From contig NZ_CANMSJ010000003.1 of NCBI RefSeq assembly GCF_947500605.1, positions 331,816 through 395,815 on the forward strand: a stretch of 64,000 nt of DNA. The letters run 5' to 3'. This DNA is from an uncultured Lacinutrix sp. Its GTDB lineage: Bacteria > Bacteroidota > Bacteroidia > Flavobacteriales > Flavobacteriaceae. Below are positions 28,328 to 38,332 of this stretch, in pieces. Below the pieces are notes generated by a model that was not told where the DNA came from, ran no database searches, and worked only from the letters and a program-made list of their open reading frames with translations. The position numbers were made by a program, and so were the translations under genes. Each line of letters opens with the position of its first letter. Position 1 is the stretch's first letter.

Positions 28328-28717
28328 ATGGCATCTATATTCACAAAAATTGTAAACGGAGAAATTCCATGTTATAAAGTAGCAGAAACTGAAGAGTTTT
28401 TAGCTTTTTTAGATGTTAATCCAAATGCTAAAGGACATACATTATGTATCCCTAAAAAGGAGACTAATAAAATCTTCGATTTAGAAAAAGAAGCATATTC
28501 TCGCTTAATGGAGTTTTCTAGATTGGTTGCAATTGGTTTAGAAAAAACAGTACCTTGTAAGCGTGTAGGTCTATCTGTTATTGGTTTAGAAGTGCCACAT
28601 GTTCATGTGCACTTAATACCATTAAATTCTATGGAAGATGCTCGATTTGTAAATAAGGTGTCGCTTGATAAGGCCGAATTTGAAACATTAGCTAAAGCTA
28701 TACAGGCAAATTTGTAA
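28328..28717 (+). CDS. HIT family protein
   Basis: IFTKIVNGEIP, GHTL.IPK, HVHVH; ATG at 28328. Confidence 0.93.
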   Translation: MASIFTKIVNGEIPCYKVAETEEFLAFLDVNPNAKGHTLCIPKKETNKIFDLEKEAYSRLMEFSRLVAIGLEKTVPCKRVGLSVIGLEVPHVHVHLIPLNSMEDARFVNKVSLDKAEFETLAKAIQANL

Positions 28718-29051
28718 CTGCTAAAACAATAGCTGCAATTATTACGGCTGCTACAATACCAATAATAATCCAGAAATTAGATTTATACTTTTTAGATGCT
28801 TTTTTAGGTGTAAAAGCCTTCATTTGGTACTCGTAAACACGTTCAATATCTTCTGTCCAGTTTACAGGATAAATGGGTGTATTGCAGACATTGCAAAACA
28901 TTTCGGTTGCAATCTCTTGAGTTATAGATTTAGAGAATTTTGTTTCAATAAATTTTTGCTTAAAAGTAAGTTCTAAACCTTCTTTACTAAAACATTCTGG
29001 ACAGTTATTATTTAAGGATACTTCCTTTACAGTAATTAGTTTTTCGCTCAT
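28698..29051 (-). CDS. Hypothetical zinc-ribbon protein with C-terminal TM helix
   Basis: CPEC and CNVC pairs; hydrophobic C-terminus. Confidence 0.7.
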   Translation of the reverse strand: MSEKLITVKEVSLNNNCPECFSKEGLELTFKQKFIETKFSKSITQEIATEMFCNVCNTPIYPVNWTEDIERVYEYQMKAFTPKKASKKYKSNFWIIIGIVAAVIIAAIVLAVTNLPV

Positions 29052-29053
29052 AA

Positions 29054-30232
29054 TTAAACTGTTTTTAATGCAATTTGCATTATTGTTCCTTTGTCAATTT
29101 GAGATTGAGCAACTTTAATTTTTCCGCCATGAAAATCTTCTACAATACGTCTTGCAAGAGATAAGCCTAATCCCCAACCACGTTTTTTTGTGGTGTAGCC
29201 AGGCTCGAAAACACTTTTAAATTGGCTTTTAGTTAAGCCTTTTCCTGTATCGATAATGTTAATTTTCACGCTGTTTTCTAATTGTGTTATTACTATTGTA
29301 AGATCGCCTTTACCTTTCATGGCATCGATAGCATTTTTTACTAAATTTTCTATTGTCCAACTGTATAATTGCGGATTCAAATTTACATAAATAGGTTGTT
29401 CTGGTAACTTTAAATTAAAGTTAATTAGCTTCGAAGATCTCGTTTTTAAGTAATCGTAAGTATCTTGAGTTTCTTTTACAATATCTGTTTTTTTTAGTGT
29501 AGGAAGTGATCCAATTTTACTAAAACGCTCTGTTATTGTTTGCAACCTGTCAATATCCTTTTCTATTTCTAAAATGTATTCCGGATTTACATTTTCGGTT
29601 TTTAAAATTTCAGCCCAACCAATTAAAGATGATAAAGGTGTTCCTATTTGATGTGCCGTTTCCTTTGCCATTCCAGACCATAATTTATTCTGCGCTGCAA
29701 TTTTTGAACTACGGTAAAAGAAATAGACTACAAAAGCGAATAAGAAAATGATTAGTAGTAACGCTAATGGGTAGTATTTTAACTTGTTTAATAAAGGAGC
29801 ATTACCGTAATACAATTTACTAGCTAGGATTCTTTCTTGTGTTTCAGAATCTATATACGAAATCTCAATAGGTATATTTTCAGATTCAAACTGTCTAATA
29901 AGTTTGTCCTTGTTTTGCGTTACATATTTAGTAGAGTCTTTACCATTAAAATCAATATTATTAAAGTTACTAATAGTACCATCAACATTAACAACTAAAA
30001 TGGGAGTAGTACTATTACTATTTAAAATTTTTACTAGAAAATTAAAATTAGGATTGTTCTCATCACTAGAAAATATTTTTTGGGCGTTAGACCATATTTC
30101 CATTTTAGCACGTTCCTCATCTTTAAATTTTTGAAAGAATGTGTAAGTGTTCCAAAGAATCAAAGAAATGATTGCAAAAGAAGTGATTATTATAATCCAG
30201 CGAACAAGTTGTCTATTTTTAGTGAAAAACAT
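29054..30232 (-). CDS. Sensor histidine kinase (HisKA + HATPase)
   Basis: Two TMs, ETAHQIGTPL, ENLVKNAIDA, DTGKG, GWGLGL. Confidence 0.92.
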   Translation of the reverse strand: MFFTKNRQLVRWIIIITSFAIISLILWNTYTFFQKFKDEERAKMEIWSNAQKIFSSDENNPNFNFLVKILNSNSTTPILVVNVDGTISNFNNIDFNGKDSTKYVTQNKDKLIRQFESENIPIEISYIDSETQERILASKLYYGNAPLLNKLKYYPLALLLIIFLFAFVVYFFYRSSKIAAQNKLWSGMAKETAHQIGTPLSSLIGWAEILKTENVNPEYILEIEKDIDRLQTITERFSKIGSLPTLKKTDIVKETQDTYDYLKTRSSKLINFNLKLPEQPIYVNLNPQLYSWTIENLVKNAIDAMKGKGDLTIVITQLENSVKINIIDTGKGLTKSQFKSVFEPGYTTKKRGWGLGLSLARRIVEDFHGGKIKVAQSQIDKGTIMQIALKTV

Positions 30233-30527
30233 GAAATGATTTTTGTGTTAATATCAAATATGCTATAAACTTAAGCTAAAATAATGAGAATTAGTTTTCG
30301 CTAGTTCAAGGCATTAAATTTAAACATAGCCTAAGCTATGGTAAAATTTCATAACGATGAAATAGTAGAAAAATAAAATTATTATTGGTTTAACGCTATA
30401 GTTCTTTTGATATAAAATAGTTAAAAACTATATAATGGGCTATTGTTAATAATATTGTGCAAACGTAGAATAATCTTCTTTTAGTTCGGGCGTTATTTAA
30501 GTACATTTGTTGAAAATTATAGAGTTA

Positions 30528-31382
30528 ATGACATCTTTCGAACCTAAAGACATATCAACAGCAAAATTACATGGCTATTTGTTAAGTGCAGTAGCGCCAA
30601 GACCAATAGCGTTTGCAAGCACTATGGACGAGCATGGAAATCCGAATTTGTCGCCATTTAGTTTCTTTAATGTATTTAGTGCTAATCCTCCAATTTTAAT
30701 ATTTTCTCCAGCACGTCGTGTTAGAGACAATACAACAAAACATACGTTGGAAAATGCAGAAAGCATGAAAGAAGTAGTGATAAATGTTGTAAATTATGAT
30801 ATTGTACAGCAAATGTCGCTTAGTAGTACAGAATATGCTCAAGGTGTAAACGAGTTTGATAAAGCTGGTTTAACAATGCTTAAAAGCGATATTGTAAAAC
30901 CATTTCGTGTAGCAGAATCTCCTGTACAATTCGAGTGCAAAGTAAATGAGATTATAAAGTTAGGTGCAGAAGGTGGAGCAGGTAATTTAATTATTTGCGA
31001 AGTTGTAAAGCTTCATATTAACGATGCTGTTTTAAACGAAAGCGGAAGTATAGACCAAGAAAAATTAGATTTAGTAGCTCGTGCAGGTGGGAGTTATTAT
31101 AGTAGAGCAAAAACTGGTTTTTTCGAAATTCCAAAACCGTTATCAACTTTAGGTATTGGAGTAGATGCGTTACCAGAAAACATTAGAAATAGTGCTGTTT
31201 TAACAGGTAATGATTTAGGTTTACTAGGTAATGTTGAAGCCTTACCAACCAAAGAAGCTATTAACGCTTTTGCGGAAAAACATGACAATATTGCATTAAC
31301 AGAAGTAGAAAAGCATAAGAAGGCACAGAATTTGCTTAGTTTTGGTGATGTAGAGAGTGCATGGAAAGTATTGTTATCGTAA
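30528..31382 (+). CDS. Flavin reductase-like (DIM6/NTAB) family protein
   Basis: PRPIAFAST..NLSPFSFFN, KHTLEN; likely ATG at 30528. Confidence 0.88.
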   Translation: MTSFEPKDISTAKLHGYLLSAVAPRPIAFASTMDEHGNPNLSPFSFFNVFSANPPILIFSPARRVRDNTTKHTLENAESMKEVVINVVNYDIVQQMSLSSTEYAQGVNEFDKAGLTMLKSDIVKPFRVAESPVQFECKVNEIIKLGAEGGAGNLIICEVVKLHINDAVLNESGSIDQEKLDLVARAGGSYYSRAKTGFFEIPKPLSTLGIGVDALPENIRNSAVLTGNDLGLLGNVEALPTKEAINAFAEKHDNIALTEVEKHKKAQNLLSFGDVESAWKVLLS

Positions 31383-31427
31383 AGTAACAATAATAAATAA
31401 GACGAATATTTAATAATTATATAGATA

Positions 31428-31802
31428 ATGGAAGTACAAGGTAAAGTAAAATTAGTAGGAGAGACACAAACGTTTGGAAGTAACGGTTTTAGAAAGAGAG
31501 AATTAGTTGTAACAACAGATGAGCAGTATCCTCAACACATATTAGTGGAATTTGTTCAAGATAAGTGCGATTTATTAAACAACTATAAGCCAGGACAAGA
31601 TGTTAAAGTAAACATCAATTTACGTGGAAGAGAGTGGGTTAATCCTCAAGGAGAAACAAAATACTTTAACTCTATTCAAGGTTGGAGAATTGAAGGAGCA
31701 CAAGCAGGAGCTCCTGCTGGAATGCCAGAAGTTCCACCGGCTGCAGCTTTTGAACCAGCAACAGATTTAAAAGAAGAAGATCACGACGATTTACCTTTCT
31801 AA
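31428..31802 (+). CDS. DUF3127 family OB-fold-like protein
   Basis: FRKRELVV, YPQ.I.VEF.QDK, NLRGREW, YFNSIQGWRI, tail DDLPF. Confidence 0.88.
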   Translation: MEVQGKVKLVGETQTFGSNGFRKRELVVTTDEQYPQHILVEFVQDKCDLLNNYKPGQDVKVNINLRGREWVNPQGETKYFNSIQGWRIEGAQAGAPAGMPEVPPAAAFEPATDLKEEDHDDLPF

Positions 31803-31836
31803 ATCTATTTCTGCTTAGGCAGAAATCATATAATAT

Positions 31837-31868
31837 AACCTCAATGCTAAATGTCATTGAGGTTTTTT
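31837..31868 (+). terminator. Intrinsic terminator
   Basis: aacctcaatg-ctaaatgt-cattgaggtt plus T tract. Confidence 0.82.
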
Positions 31869-31887
31869 ATTTTAGTAAAATAAAATT

Positions 31888-32514
31888 ATGCACATACTAA
31901 ACCAAAATATAGAATTTCCAAATGTACAAGAAGCAGACGAAGAAGGTTTACTTGCAGTTGGTGGCGATTTATCTGTAGAACGTTTATTATTGGCTTACAA
32001 AAGTGGCATTTTCCCTTGGTTTAATGAGGATGAGGTTGTTTTATGGTGGTCACCAGATCCTAGGTTTGTATTATATCCAGAAGATTTAAAGGTTTCTAAA
32101 AGTATGAAGCAGTTTCTTAGAAATTGCGATTTCGAAATTACTATAAACAAAGATTTTAAATCTGTAATTACAGAATGTGCAAATGCAAAACGAGACGGTC
32201 AAGCAGGAACTTGGATTACAACCAACATGATTGAGGCGTATTGTAAATTACACGAGCAAGGCTATGCTAAATCTGTTGAGGTATGGAGAGATAATAAACT
32301 TGTAGGTGGCTTTTATGGTGTAGATTTAGATAACGGTGTATTTTGTGGAGAGAGTATGTTTGCAAAAGAAAGTAATGCAAGCAAAACAGCATTTATTACT
32401 TTTATTCAAAATACAGACTATAAGTTAATTGATTGCCAAGTGTACACAAATCATTTAGCGAGCTTGGGAGCAGGAGATGTTTCTAGAGATGAGTTTATGG
32501 CTTATTTGAAGTAG
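31888..32514 (+). CDS. aat: Leucyl/phenylalanyl-tRNA--protein transferase
   Basis: GGDLS.ERLLLAYKSGIFPW, WWSPDPR, GTWIT, FCGESMF. Confidence 0.95.
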   Translation: MHILNQNIEFPNVQEADEEGLLAVGGDLSVERLLLAYKSGIFPWFNEDEVVLWWSPDPRFVLYPEDLKVSKSMKQFLRNCDFEITINKDFKSVITECANAKRDGQAGTWITTNMIEAYCKLHEQGYAKSVEVWRDNKLVGGFYGVDLDNGVFCGESMFAKESNASKTAFITFIQNTDYKLIDCQVYTNHLASLGAGDVSRDEFMAYLK

Positions 32515-32518
32515 TTAT

Positions 32519-32630
32519 GTCACTTCGAGTGATTTCGAAGTATGAGAAATTGTATCGAGAAGCAATTTTTTGTGTTGTTTAATTAGTTCTCGATACAAAA
32601 TTCTTAAAAAAGAATTTAACTAGAACCGAC
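32519..32630. repeat. Inverted REP doublet (GTCACTTCGAGTG family)
   Basis: gtcacttcgagtg..ttgtatcgagaa / ttctcgatacaa..aactagaaccgac, each unit with an internal hairpin. Confidence 0.72.
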
Positions 32631-32642
32631 AATTACTTAACA

Positions 32643-33206
32643 TTAAACTTCATTATACCTAAAACATTCAGCTTCATGATCGTTAACCATTCCTGTTGCT
32701 TGCATAAAAGCATACATAACAGTACTACCAACAAATTTAAAACCGCGTTTTTTTAAATCTTTGCTCAAAGCATCACTTAAAGGTGTGTTTGCAGGAGCAT
32801 CCTTGTAGATTTTCACCTTATTCTTAATTGTTTTATTATCTACAAAAGCCCAAATGTATTTGCTAAAACTGCCAAATTCTTTTTGAATTTCCATAAATGC
32901 TTGAGCGTTCGTAATTGCCGATTTCACCTTGAGTTTATTTCTAATAATTCCAGCATTTTGAAGTAGCTCTTCCTTTTTGTCTTCATTATAGTTGGCTATT
33001 TTTTTATAATCGAAAAAATCGAAAGCTTCTCTAAAATTTTCACGTTTACGTAAAATAGTAATCCAACTCAAACCAGCTTGAAAGGTTTCAAGAATTAAAA
33101 ATTCGAATAATTGATGATCGTCATAAACCGGGACTCCCCATTCATTATCGTGGTAAGCTTCATATAAATCATCGCCAACACACCAACCGCATTTATGTTT
33201 TTTCAT
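32643..33206 (-). CDS. tag: DNA-3-methyladenine glycosylase I
   Basis: CGW, YHDNEWG, LETFQAGLSW, GFKFVGST, NDH...C. Confidence 0.95.
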   Translation of the reverse strand: MKKHKCGWCVGDDLYEAYHDNEWGVPVYDDHQLFEFLILETFQAGLSWITILRKRENFREAFDFFDYKKIANYNEDKKEELLQNAGIIRNKLKVKSAITNAQAFMEIQKEFGSFSKYIWAFVDNKTIKNKVKIYKDAPANTPLSDALSKDLKKRGFKFVGSTVMYAFMQATGMVNDHEAECFRYNEV

Positions 33207-33311
33207 CTGTTTTTATTTAATGCCCAATAGGGATTGTAAGGATTTTAAATTTATACTACTAATGTAACAACTGTTACTTAAAAATAAACACAGTATCAGT
33301 ATTTTTATATT

Positions 33312-33929
33312 ATGGAAACACTACAAAACACAGATTTAAAAAATATAATAACTGATAGTTTAGAAAAAGCTATTACTTATCAAGATTATAGAACTTTAGT
33401 AAAAGATTTAGTTGCAAAAGAATCTACAACAGGAGCTAATAAAACTGAAGCTTTAGCAAACTATACTATGCTTAACGATAGAAGAATGAAGCGTTGGGAT
33501 AAAACGGTGAAAGTTTCAGAAACGGTAAAAGAGCAAGTTTCTAATTTAGAGATAAACCAAACATGGTTAGTGTTAACCGAAAGTTGGTGTGGAGATGCTG
33601 CGCATTTAATGCCAGTAATGAATAAGGTTGCTGAGTTGAAAGATAATATTGACTTTAAAGTTGTGCTTAGAGACGAAAATGAAGCTTTAATGAATCAGTT
33701 TTTAACTAATGGAGGACAAGCGATTCCTAAGTTAATAATGATTGATAATAACACAAACGAAGTGGTGAATACTTTTGGGCCGAGACCTACAGAAGCGACT
33801 AAATTGGTTAACGATTATAAAGCAGAACACGGTGCATTAACTCCAGAGTTTAAAGAAGATTTACAAGGTTGGTATAATAAAAATAAAGGCCAAAATGCAA
33901 TTGATGATTTGGTTGGTTTAATGTCTTAG
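33312..33929 (+). CDS. Thioredoxin-like family protein
   Basis: ESWCGDA, AIPKLI, GPRP. Confidence 0.88.
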   Translation: METLQNTDLKNIITDSLEKAITYQDYRTLVKDLVAKESTTGANKTEALANYTMLNDRRMKRWDKTVKVSETVKEQVSNLEINQTWLVLTESWCGDAAHLMPVMNKVAELKDNIDFKVVLRDENEALMNQFLTNGGQAIPKLIMIDNNTNEVVNTFGPRPTEATKLVNDYKAEHGALTPEFKEDLQGWYNKNKGQNAIDDLVGLMS

Positions 33930-33933
33930 GTTT

Positions 33934-34004
33934 TCATTCCAGCGAAGGCAGGAATCTATTTTTAGTTTAGCTTGATTTTGGATTCCTGCCTTCGTAGTAA
34001 TGAC
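33934..34004. repeat. REPIN-like inverted REP doublet
   Basis: tcattccagcgaaggcaggaatct..ggattcctgccttcgtagtaatgac. Confidence 0.8.
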
Positions 34005-34012
34005 TAAGAAAT

Positions 34013-34741
34013 CTAATTTTTTCCTTCAAAATTAAAAGTAATTGTTCCAATTTGGGATGCTTTTTTTGATGTATCAAAATGTGCTTTTTTTGCAAATTCT
34101 AAGGCATGCTTTTGTAAACATGCATTATTAGATGTTGAAGAAGAATTTATGGAGGTAGAAACAACTTTACCAAAACCATTAACAGTAATATTTACTACAA
34201 TCTCACCATTAGCTTCGCATAAGTAAATAGGAATAGGCAAAGCGGTGTCTGTTCTTCCTACTAGAGAGTATATAATACTACTATTTTTATTTACAGAAAC
34301 TTCATTATTTAATTGTTGAGAGGCTTTTCTACTTTTTTTTAAAATAGCACTTACGTTTTCAAAAGAGGTAAGTTCTTCATTATTTACATTAGAAATAGTT
34401 TCACTTTTTAAAGCCTCCTTGTTTTTTAAAGTATTTTCAGTTTTATCTCTTAACCTAGGGTCATCATAATCTTTTGGTGGCGCAATGGGTTTAAAAGCTT
34501 GCGCAAAATGTTTGTATTCTTTAGTATCGTTGTAGGCCTTGTTTGTTTTTAGTGCGTTGTTTTCTAACTCAGGTTCTTCTTGTATGGCTTCATCAAATAA
34601 ATCTGCTGGTGTAATATCTACTAAAGTTTCTCTAACTGTTTTATTCTGTTTAATAAGAGAGTAATTAAAAAGAGAAAGCACTACACAGCCTGCAATTAAT
34701 AAAGAAATGGCTAATGCCTTATGTGAGTTTTTTAATTTCAA
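34013..34741 (-). CDS. TonB C-terminal-like energy transducer protein
   Basis: N-terminal TM, charged linker, GEIVVNITVN..G.VV and GTITFNF. Confidence 0.65.
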   Translation of the reverse strand: MKLKNSHKALAISLLIAGCVVLSLFNYSLIKQNKTVRETLVDITPADLFDEAIQEEPELENNALKTNKAYNDTKEYKHFAQAFKPIAPPKDYDDPRLRDKTENTLKNKEALKSETISNVNNEELTSFENVSAILKKSRKASQQLNNEVSVNKNSSIIYSLVGRTDTALPIPIYLCEANGEIVVNITVNGFGKVVSTSINSSSTSNNACLQKHALEFAKKAHFDTSKKASQIGTITFNFEGKN

Positions 34742-34840
34742 AGCAATAAAATAAGTATTATTAGTAGCTTAAAACTGATATTTATCATTTTACAAAAGTA
34801 ATGTTATAAGTAAATTTATAGACATCAAAATAGTTGATCT

Positions 34841-35053
34841 ATGAAAAAAACACAAGAGTTGCTTACTCAGATTACTCAGTTAACGTCTAATATAGAGACT
34901 AATTATCCCGAGTTGTATTCTTTTTTGTTAGAAGAACCAATAACTATACCATCTACACAACATCCAGAAATAAATAGCACTGTTTTGCAAGATTATTTGC
35001 AAACATTAAAGGAAGAATTACATCATCATATTAAAACTCATAAAGCGAAATAA
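34841..35053 (+). CDS. Small hypothetical protein (70 aa)
   Basis: ORF abuts the DnaJ-like gene with a 0-nt gap; IETNYPELY. Confidence 0.7.
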   Translation: MKKTQELLTQITQLTSNIETNYPELYSFLLEEPITIPSTQHPEINSTVLQDYLQTLKEELHHHIKTHKAK

Positions 35054-35941
35054 ATGGCATTTATAGATTATTATAAAACGTTGGGAATTTCTAAAACAGC
35101 GTCAGAGAGTGATATTAAAAAAGCTTATCGAAAATTAGCTCGTAAATATCATCCAGATTTAAACCCGAACGATAAAGATGCGGAAACAAAATTTAAAGAA
35201 ATTAATGAAGCGAATGAAGTATTAAGCAATGTTGAGAACAGAAAAAAATACGATGCGTATGGAGAGCATTGGAAAAACTCAGAAGCTTATGAGCAAGCAA
35301 AGCAGCAGCAGAATCAAAATCAAAACGCTTATCAAGGACAGTCTGGAAGTTATAGCGAAAAAGATTTTGAAGATATTTTTGGCAATATGTTTGGAGGTCA
35401 ATCTTCAGGGAGAAGTCAAGCGAATTCAAGATTTAGAGGTCAAGATTTTAATGCAGAACTTCAATTAGAGCTTGAAGATGTTTTTAAAGCACACAAACGC
35501 ACGCTTACTGTTAATAATAAAAAAATACGTATTACAATTCCTGCTGGTGTAGAAAATGGGCAAACCATAAAAATAAAAGGACACGGAGGTAAAGGTGTTA
35601 ATAATGGTCCGAATGGAGATTTATACATTCAGTTTTTAATTCAAAATCATTCAAAATTTAAAAGAGATAAAGATAATCTATACACAACTGTAGATTTAGA
35701 CTTATACACTGCAATGCTTGGTGGTGATTTAATGGTGAACACATTTAATGGTAAGGTTAAATTAACTATTAAACCAGAAACACAAAACGGAACAAAAGTA
35801 AAGTTAAAAGGAAAAGGATTTCCGAAGTATAAAAAAGAAGAGCAGTTTGGTGATTTGTATATAACCTACCAACTTAAAACACCTACTAAACTTACAGATA
35901 AGGAAAGAGAATTATTTACACAACTTCAAAAACTAAGATAA
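35054..35941 (+). CDS. cbpA: CbpA-like class II J-domain protein
   Basis: J domain with HPD; no zinc finger; DnaJ C-terminal domain. Confidence 0.85.
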   Translation: MAFIDYYKTLGISKTASESDIKKAYRKLARKYHPDLNPNDKDAETKFKEINEANEVLSNVENRKKYDAYGEHWKNSEAYEQAKQQQNQNQNAYQGQSGSYSEKDFEDIFGNMFGGQSSGRSQANSRFRGQDFNAELQLELEDVFKAHKRTLTVNNKKIRITIPAGVENGQTIKIKGHGGKGVNNGPNGDLYIQFLIQNHSKFKRDKDNLYTTVDLDLYTAMLGGDLMVNTFNGKVKLTIKPETQNGTKVKLKGKGFPKYKKEEQFGDLYITYQLKTPTKLTDKERELFTQLQKLR

Positions 35942-35943
35942 TT

Positions 35944-36240
35944 ATGGAAATAGGAGATTTAATTTCTATAACAACTTTTTGCTCTCATTATAATGTGCCA
36001 GCGACGTTTATAGACGATTTACAAGATTATGAACTTATAGAAATTGTAGTTTCAGACGATATAAATTATATAAAAATAACCCAAATTAATGAGGTTGAAA
36101 AAATGATGCGATTGCATTTTGACCTAAACATAAATTTAGAAGGTTTAGATGCTGTTTATAATTTATTAGAACGTGTAGAAAGTATGCAAAACGAAATTAT
36201 AACACTTAATAATAAGCTAAGGTTGTATGAAGATTTATAG
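35944..36240 (+). CDS. cbpM: Chaperone modulator CbpM-like
   Basis: MerR-like; RLHFDLNINLEG; directly after cbpA. Confidence 0.8.
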   Translation: MEIGDLISITTFCSHYNVPATFIDDLQDYELIEIVVSDDINYIKITQINEVEKMMRLHFDLNINLEGLDAVYNLLERVESMQNEIITLNNKLRLYEDL

Positions 36241-36243
36241 ATA

Positions 36244-37155
36244 ATGGAAAGAATACAACAATGGTTTCAGGATTATCCGCTTTTGCAAAGTATTATTAAA
36301 TACGTTGCAATTGTAGTATTTGTATTGTTATGTATTCAGTTTATTAGACGTTTTTTAAAGCGAAATATAGAGAACGTTTCTGTAAGATATAAGTCGCAAA
36401 AAGGAATAGAAGTGCTAGGCTATTTTGTGCTAGCATTTGTAACTATTTTATACTTTACAGGAAGTATTAAAGATTTTACTATAACGTTAGGTTTGCTCTC
36501 TGCAGGATTAGCTTTTACACTACAAGAGTTAATTTTAAGCATTGCAGGATCAGTATACATATTTATTGTAAAGGTATATGGTCCAGGAGATAGAATAGAA
36601 ATAAATGGTATAAGAGGAGATGTAATAGATGTTGATAGTATTTATACAACAATGATGGAGATTGGGCAGTGGGTTGAAAGTGATAATTATACTGGTAGAA
36701 TTGTAAAATTAAGTAATGCTTTTGTGTTTAAAGGGCCAGTTTATAATTACTCTAAAGATTTTCCATTTATTTGGGACGAATTTAATTTACCAATACGATA
36801 TGGCTCAGATATAGAATTAGCGAAGTCAATAATTATTGAGATAGCAACTAATATTCTATCAGAATATACACAAGCTTCTAGAGAACAATGGACAGAAGTA
36901 GTTTCTAAATATTATATAGAAGATGCAATGGTAGAACCTACATTAGCAATAACGCTAACAGATAACTGGGTGAAATTTAATTTAAGATACATTGTAGATT
37001 ATAAAAAAAGACGATTTACAAAACACTTGTTGCACGACGCTATTAGAAAACAAATTGAAGCTACTAACGGTAAAGTTGTTTTAGCATCTACAACTATAGA
37101 GTTAATAAAAATACCAGAAATAAAAATTGATAATTCTAACACTACAAAACAATAA
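36244..37155 (+). CDS. MscS family mechanosensitive channel
   Basis: GLAFTLQE, GDRIEING.RGDV.D, GRIV.LSN. Confidence 0.88.
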   Translation: MERIQQWFQDYPLLQSIIKYVAIVVFVLLCIQFIRRFLKRNIENVSVRYKSQKGIEVLGYFVLAFVTILYFTGSIKDFTITLGLLSAGLAFTLQELILSIAGSVYIFIVKVYGPGDRIEINGIRGDVIDVDSIYTTMMEIGQWVESDNYTGRIVKLSNAFVFKGPVYNYSKDFPFIWDEFNLPIRYGSDIELAKSIIIEIATNILSEYTQASREQWTEVVSKYYIEDAMVEPTLAITLTDNWVKFNLRYIVDYKKRRFTKHLLHDAIRKQIEATNGKVVLASTTIELIKIPEIKIDNSNTTKQ

Positions 37156-37160
37156 AAGCT

Positions 37161-37625
37161 ATGTTTAAAAATTTAGAAGATAAAGAAATCGAATACATTT
37201 TAGAAAACAATTACGTAGGTCAATTAGGTTATATTTTTAATAATTCTCCTTTTGTTGTTCCTATTACTTATTTTTTTGATAAAGAAAACAATGCGATAAT
37301 ATGTTACTCTGGAGATGGGCATAAAATGAAGGCTATGCGTAAAAATCCAAAAGTTTCTTTATTGGTTTCAAATATTGAAAATGTAACACATTGGAAATCT
37401 GTTTTAGTGCATGGTGTTTTCGAGCAGCATTTTGGTAGTGATGCAAAAGCCTATTTGCACAAGTTTTCCTTAGGCATCAAAGATATTATTTTAGAGAAAG
37501 AACAAAGTAAAGCTAGCTTTATTAGCGATTTTTCTAGTAAAATTTATAAGGATGATGTGCCTGCAGTCTTTATTATAAAAATTGAAGAAATAACAGGTAA
37601 AAAGCGTTTAGATTTTAGAGTTTAA
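37161..37625 (+). CDS. Pyridoxamine 5'-phosphate oxidase-like flavin-nucleotide-binding protein
   Basis: PFVVPITY, G.K..AMRKNPKV, WKSVLVHG. Confidence 0.82.
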   Translation: MFKNLEDKEIEYILENNYVGQLGYIFNNSPFVVPITYFFDKENNAIICYSGDGHKMKAMRKNPKVSLLVSNIENVTHWKSVLVHGVFEQHFGSDAKAYLHKFSLGIKDIILEKEQSKASFISDFSSKIYKDDVPAVFIIKIEEITGKKRLDFRV

Positions 37626-37629
37626 AATG

Positions 37630-38328
37630 TTACTCTACTTTTTTAGGTAAAGCGGTTATAAAATTTGCCATTGATAAAGCATTATCAACATGGAAATCCC
37701 CAATTTTTGTGCGTCTTAAAGCTGAAAGATGTCCACCAGAAATTAAGGCTTTTCCAAAGTCGTTTGCTAGTGAGCGTATGTAAGTGCCTTTGCTGCAAAT
37801 TACTCTAAAATCGACCGAACCGCCATCAATTTTAGTAATTTCGAACTCTTTTATAGTGATTTTACGCGATTTTATCTCAACGGCTTCGCCTGCTCTCGCA
37901 TATTCATACAAACGTTTTCCGTCCTTTTTAAGTGCAGAAAACACAGGAGGAAATTGGTCTATTTCACCAATAAATTGCTTCGTTGTTTCGTGTATTAATT
38001 CTTCGGTAATATGATCTGTTGGAAATGTTTCGTTTATTTCAGATTCTAAATCGAAAGAAGGTGTTGTTCCTCCTAAAGCAATAGTACCTGTATACTCTTT
38101 AATTTGTCCTTGAAAAGTATCAATCTGCTTGGTCATTTTTCCAGTACAGATTATTAATAACCCAGTAGCTAAAGGATCTAAAGTTCCTGCATGACCTACT
38201 TTTATTTTCTTAATACTAAACGCTTGACGTATTTCCCAACGTAGTTTGTTAACCACTTGAAAAGACGTCCAATTTAAAGGCTTATCTATTAGTAAAACTT
38301 GTCCGGCTTGGTAGTCTTCAAGAGTCAT
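37630..38328 (-). CDS. truB: tRNA pseudouridine(55) synthase
   Basis: GHAGTLDPLATG, CSKGTYIRSLA. Confidence 0.97.
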   Translation of the reverse strand: MTLEDYQAGQVLLIDKPLNWTSFQVVNKLRWEIRQAFSIKKIKVGHAGTLDPLATGLLIICTGKMTKQIDTFQGQIKEYTGTIALGGTTPSFDLESEINETFPTDHITEELIHETTKQFIGEIDQFPPVFSALKKDGKRLYEYARAGEAVEIKSRKITIKEFEITKIDGGSVDFRVICSKGTYIRSLANDFGKALISGGHLSALRRTKIGDFHVDNALSMANFITALPKKVE

Positions 38329-38332
38329 AAAT

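Noticed and set aside
33263-33295. Possible third copy of the HMA/YHS leader before the thioredoxin gene (AACTGTTA..ACAG)
   Set aside because: It lacks GAAACGA, CATGTGAC and the inner stem; the short match is likely chance
32519-34004. CRISPR array
   Set aside because: Repeats are inverted pairs or dispersed singles, not regularly spaced direct repeats with unique spacers; no cas genes
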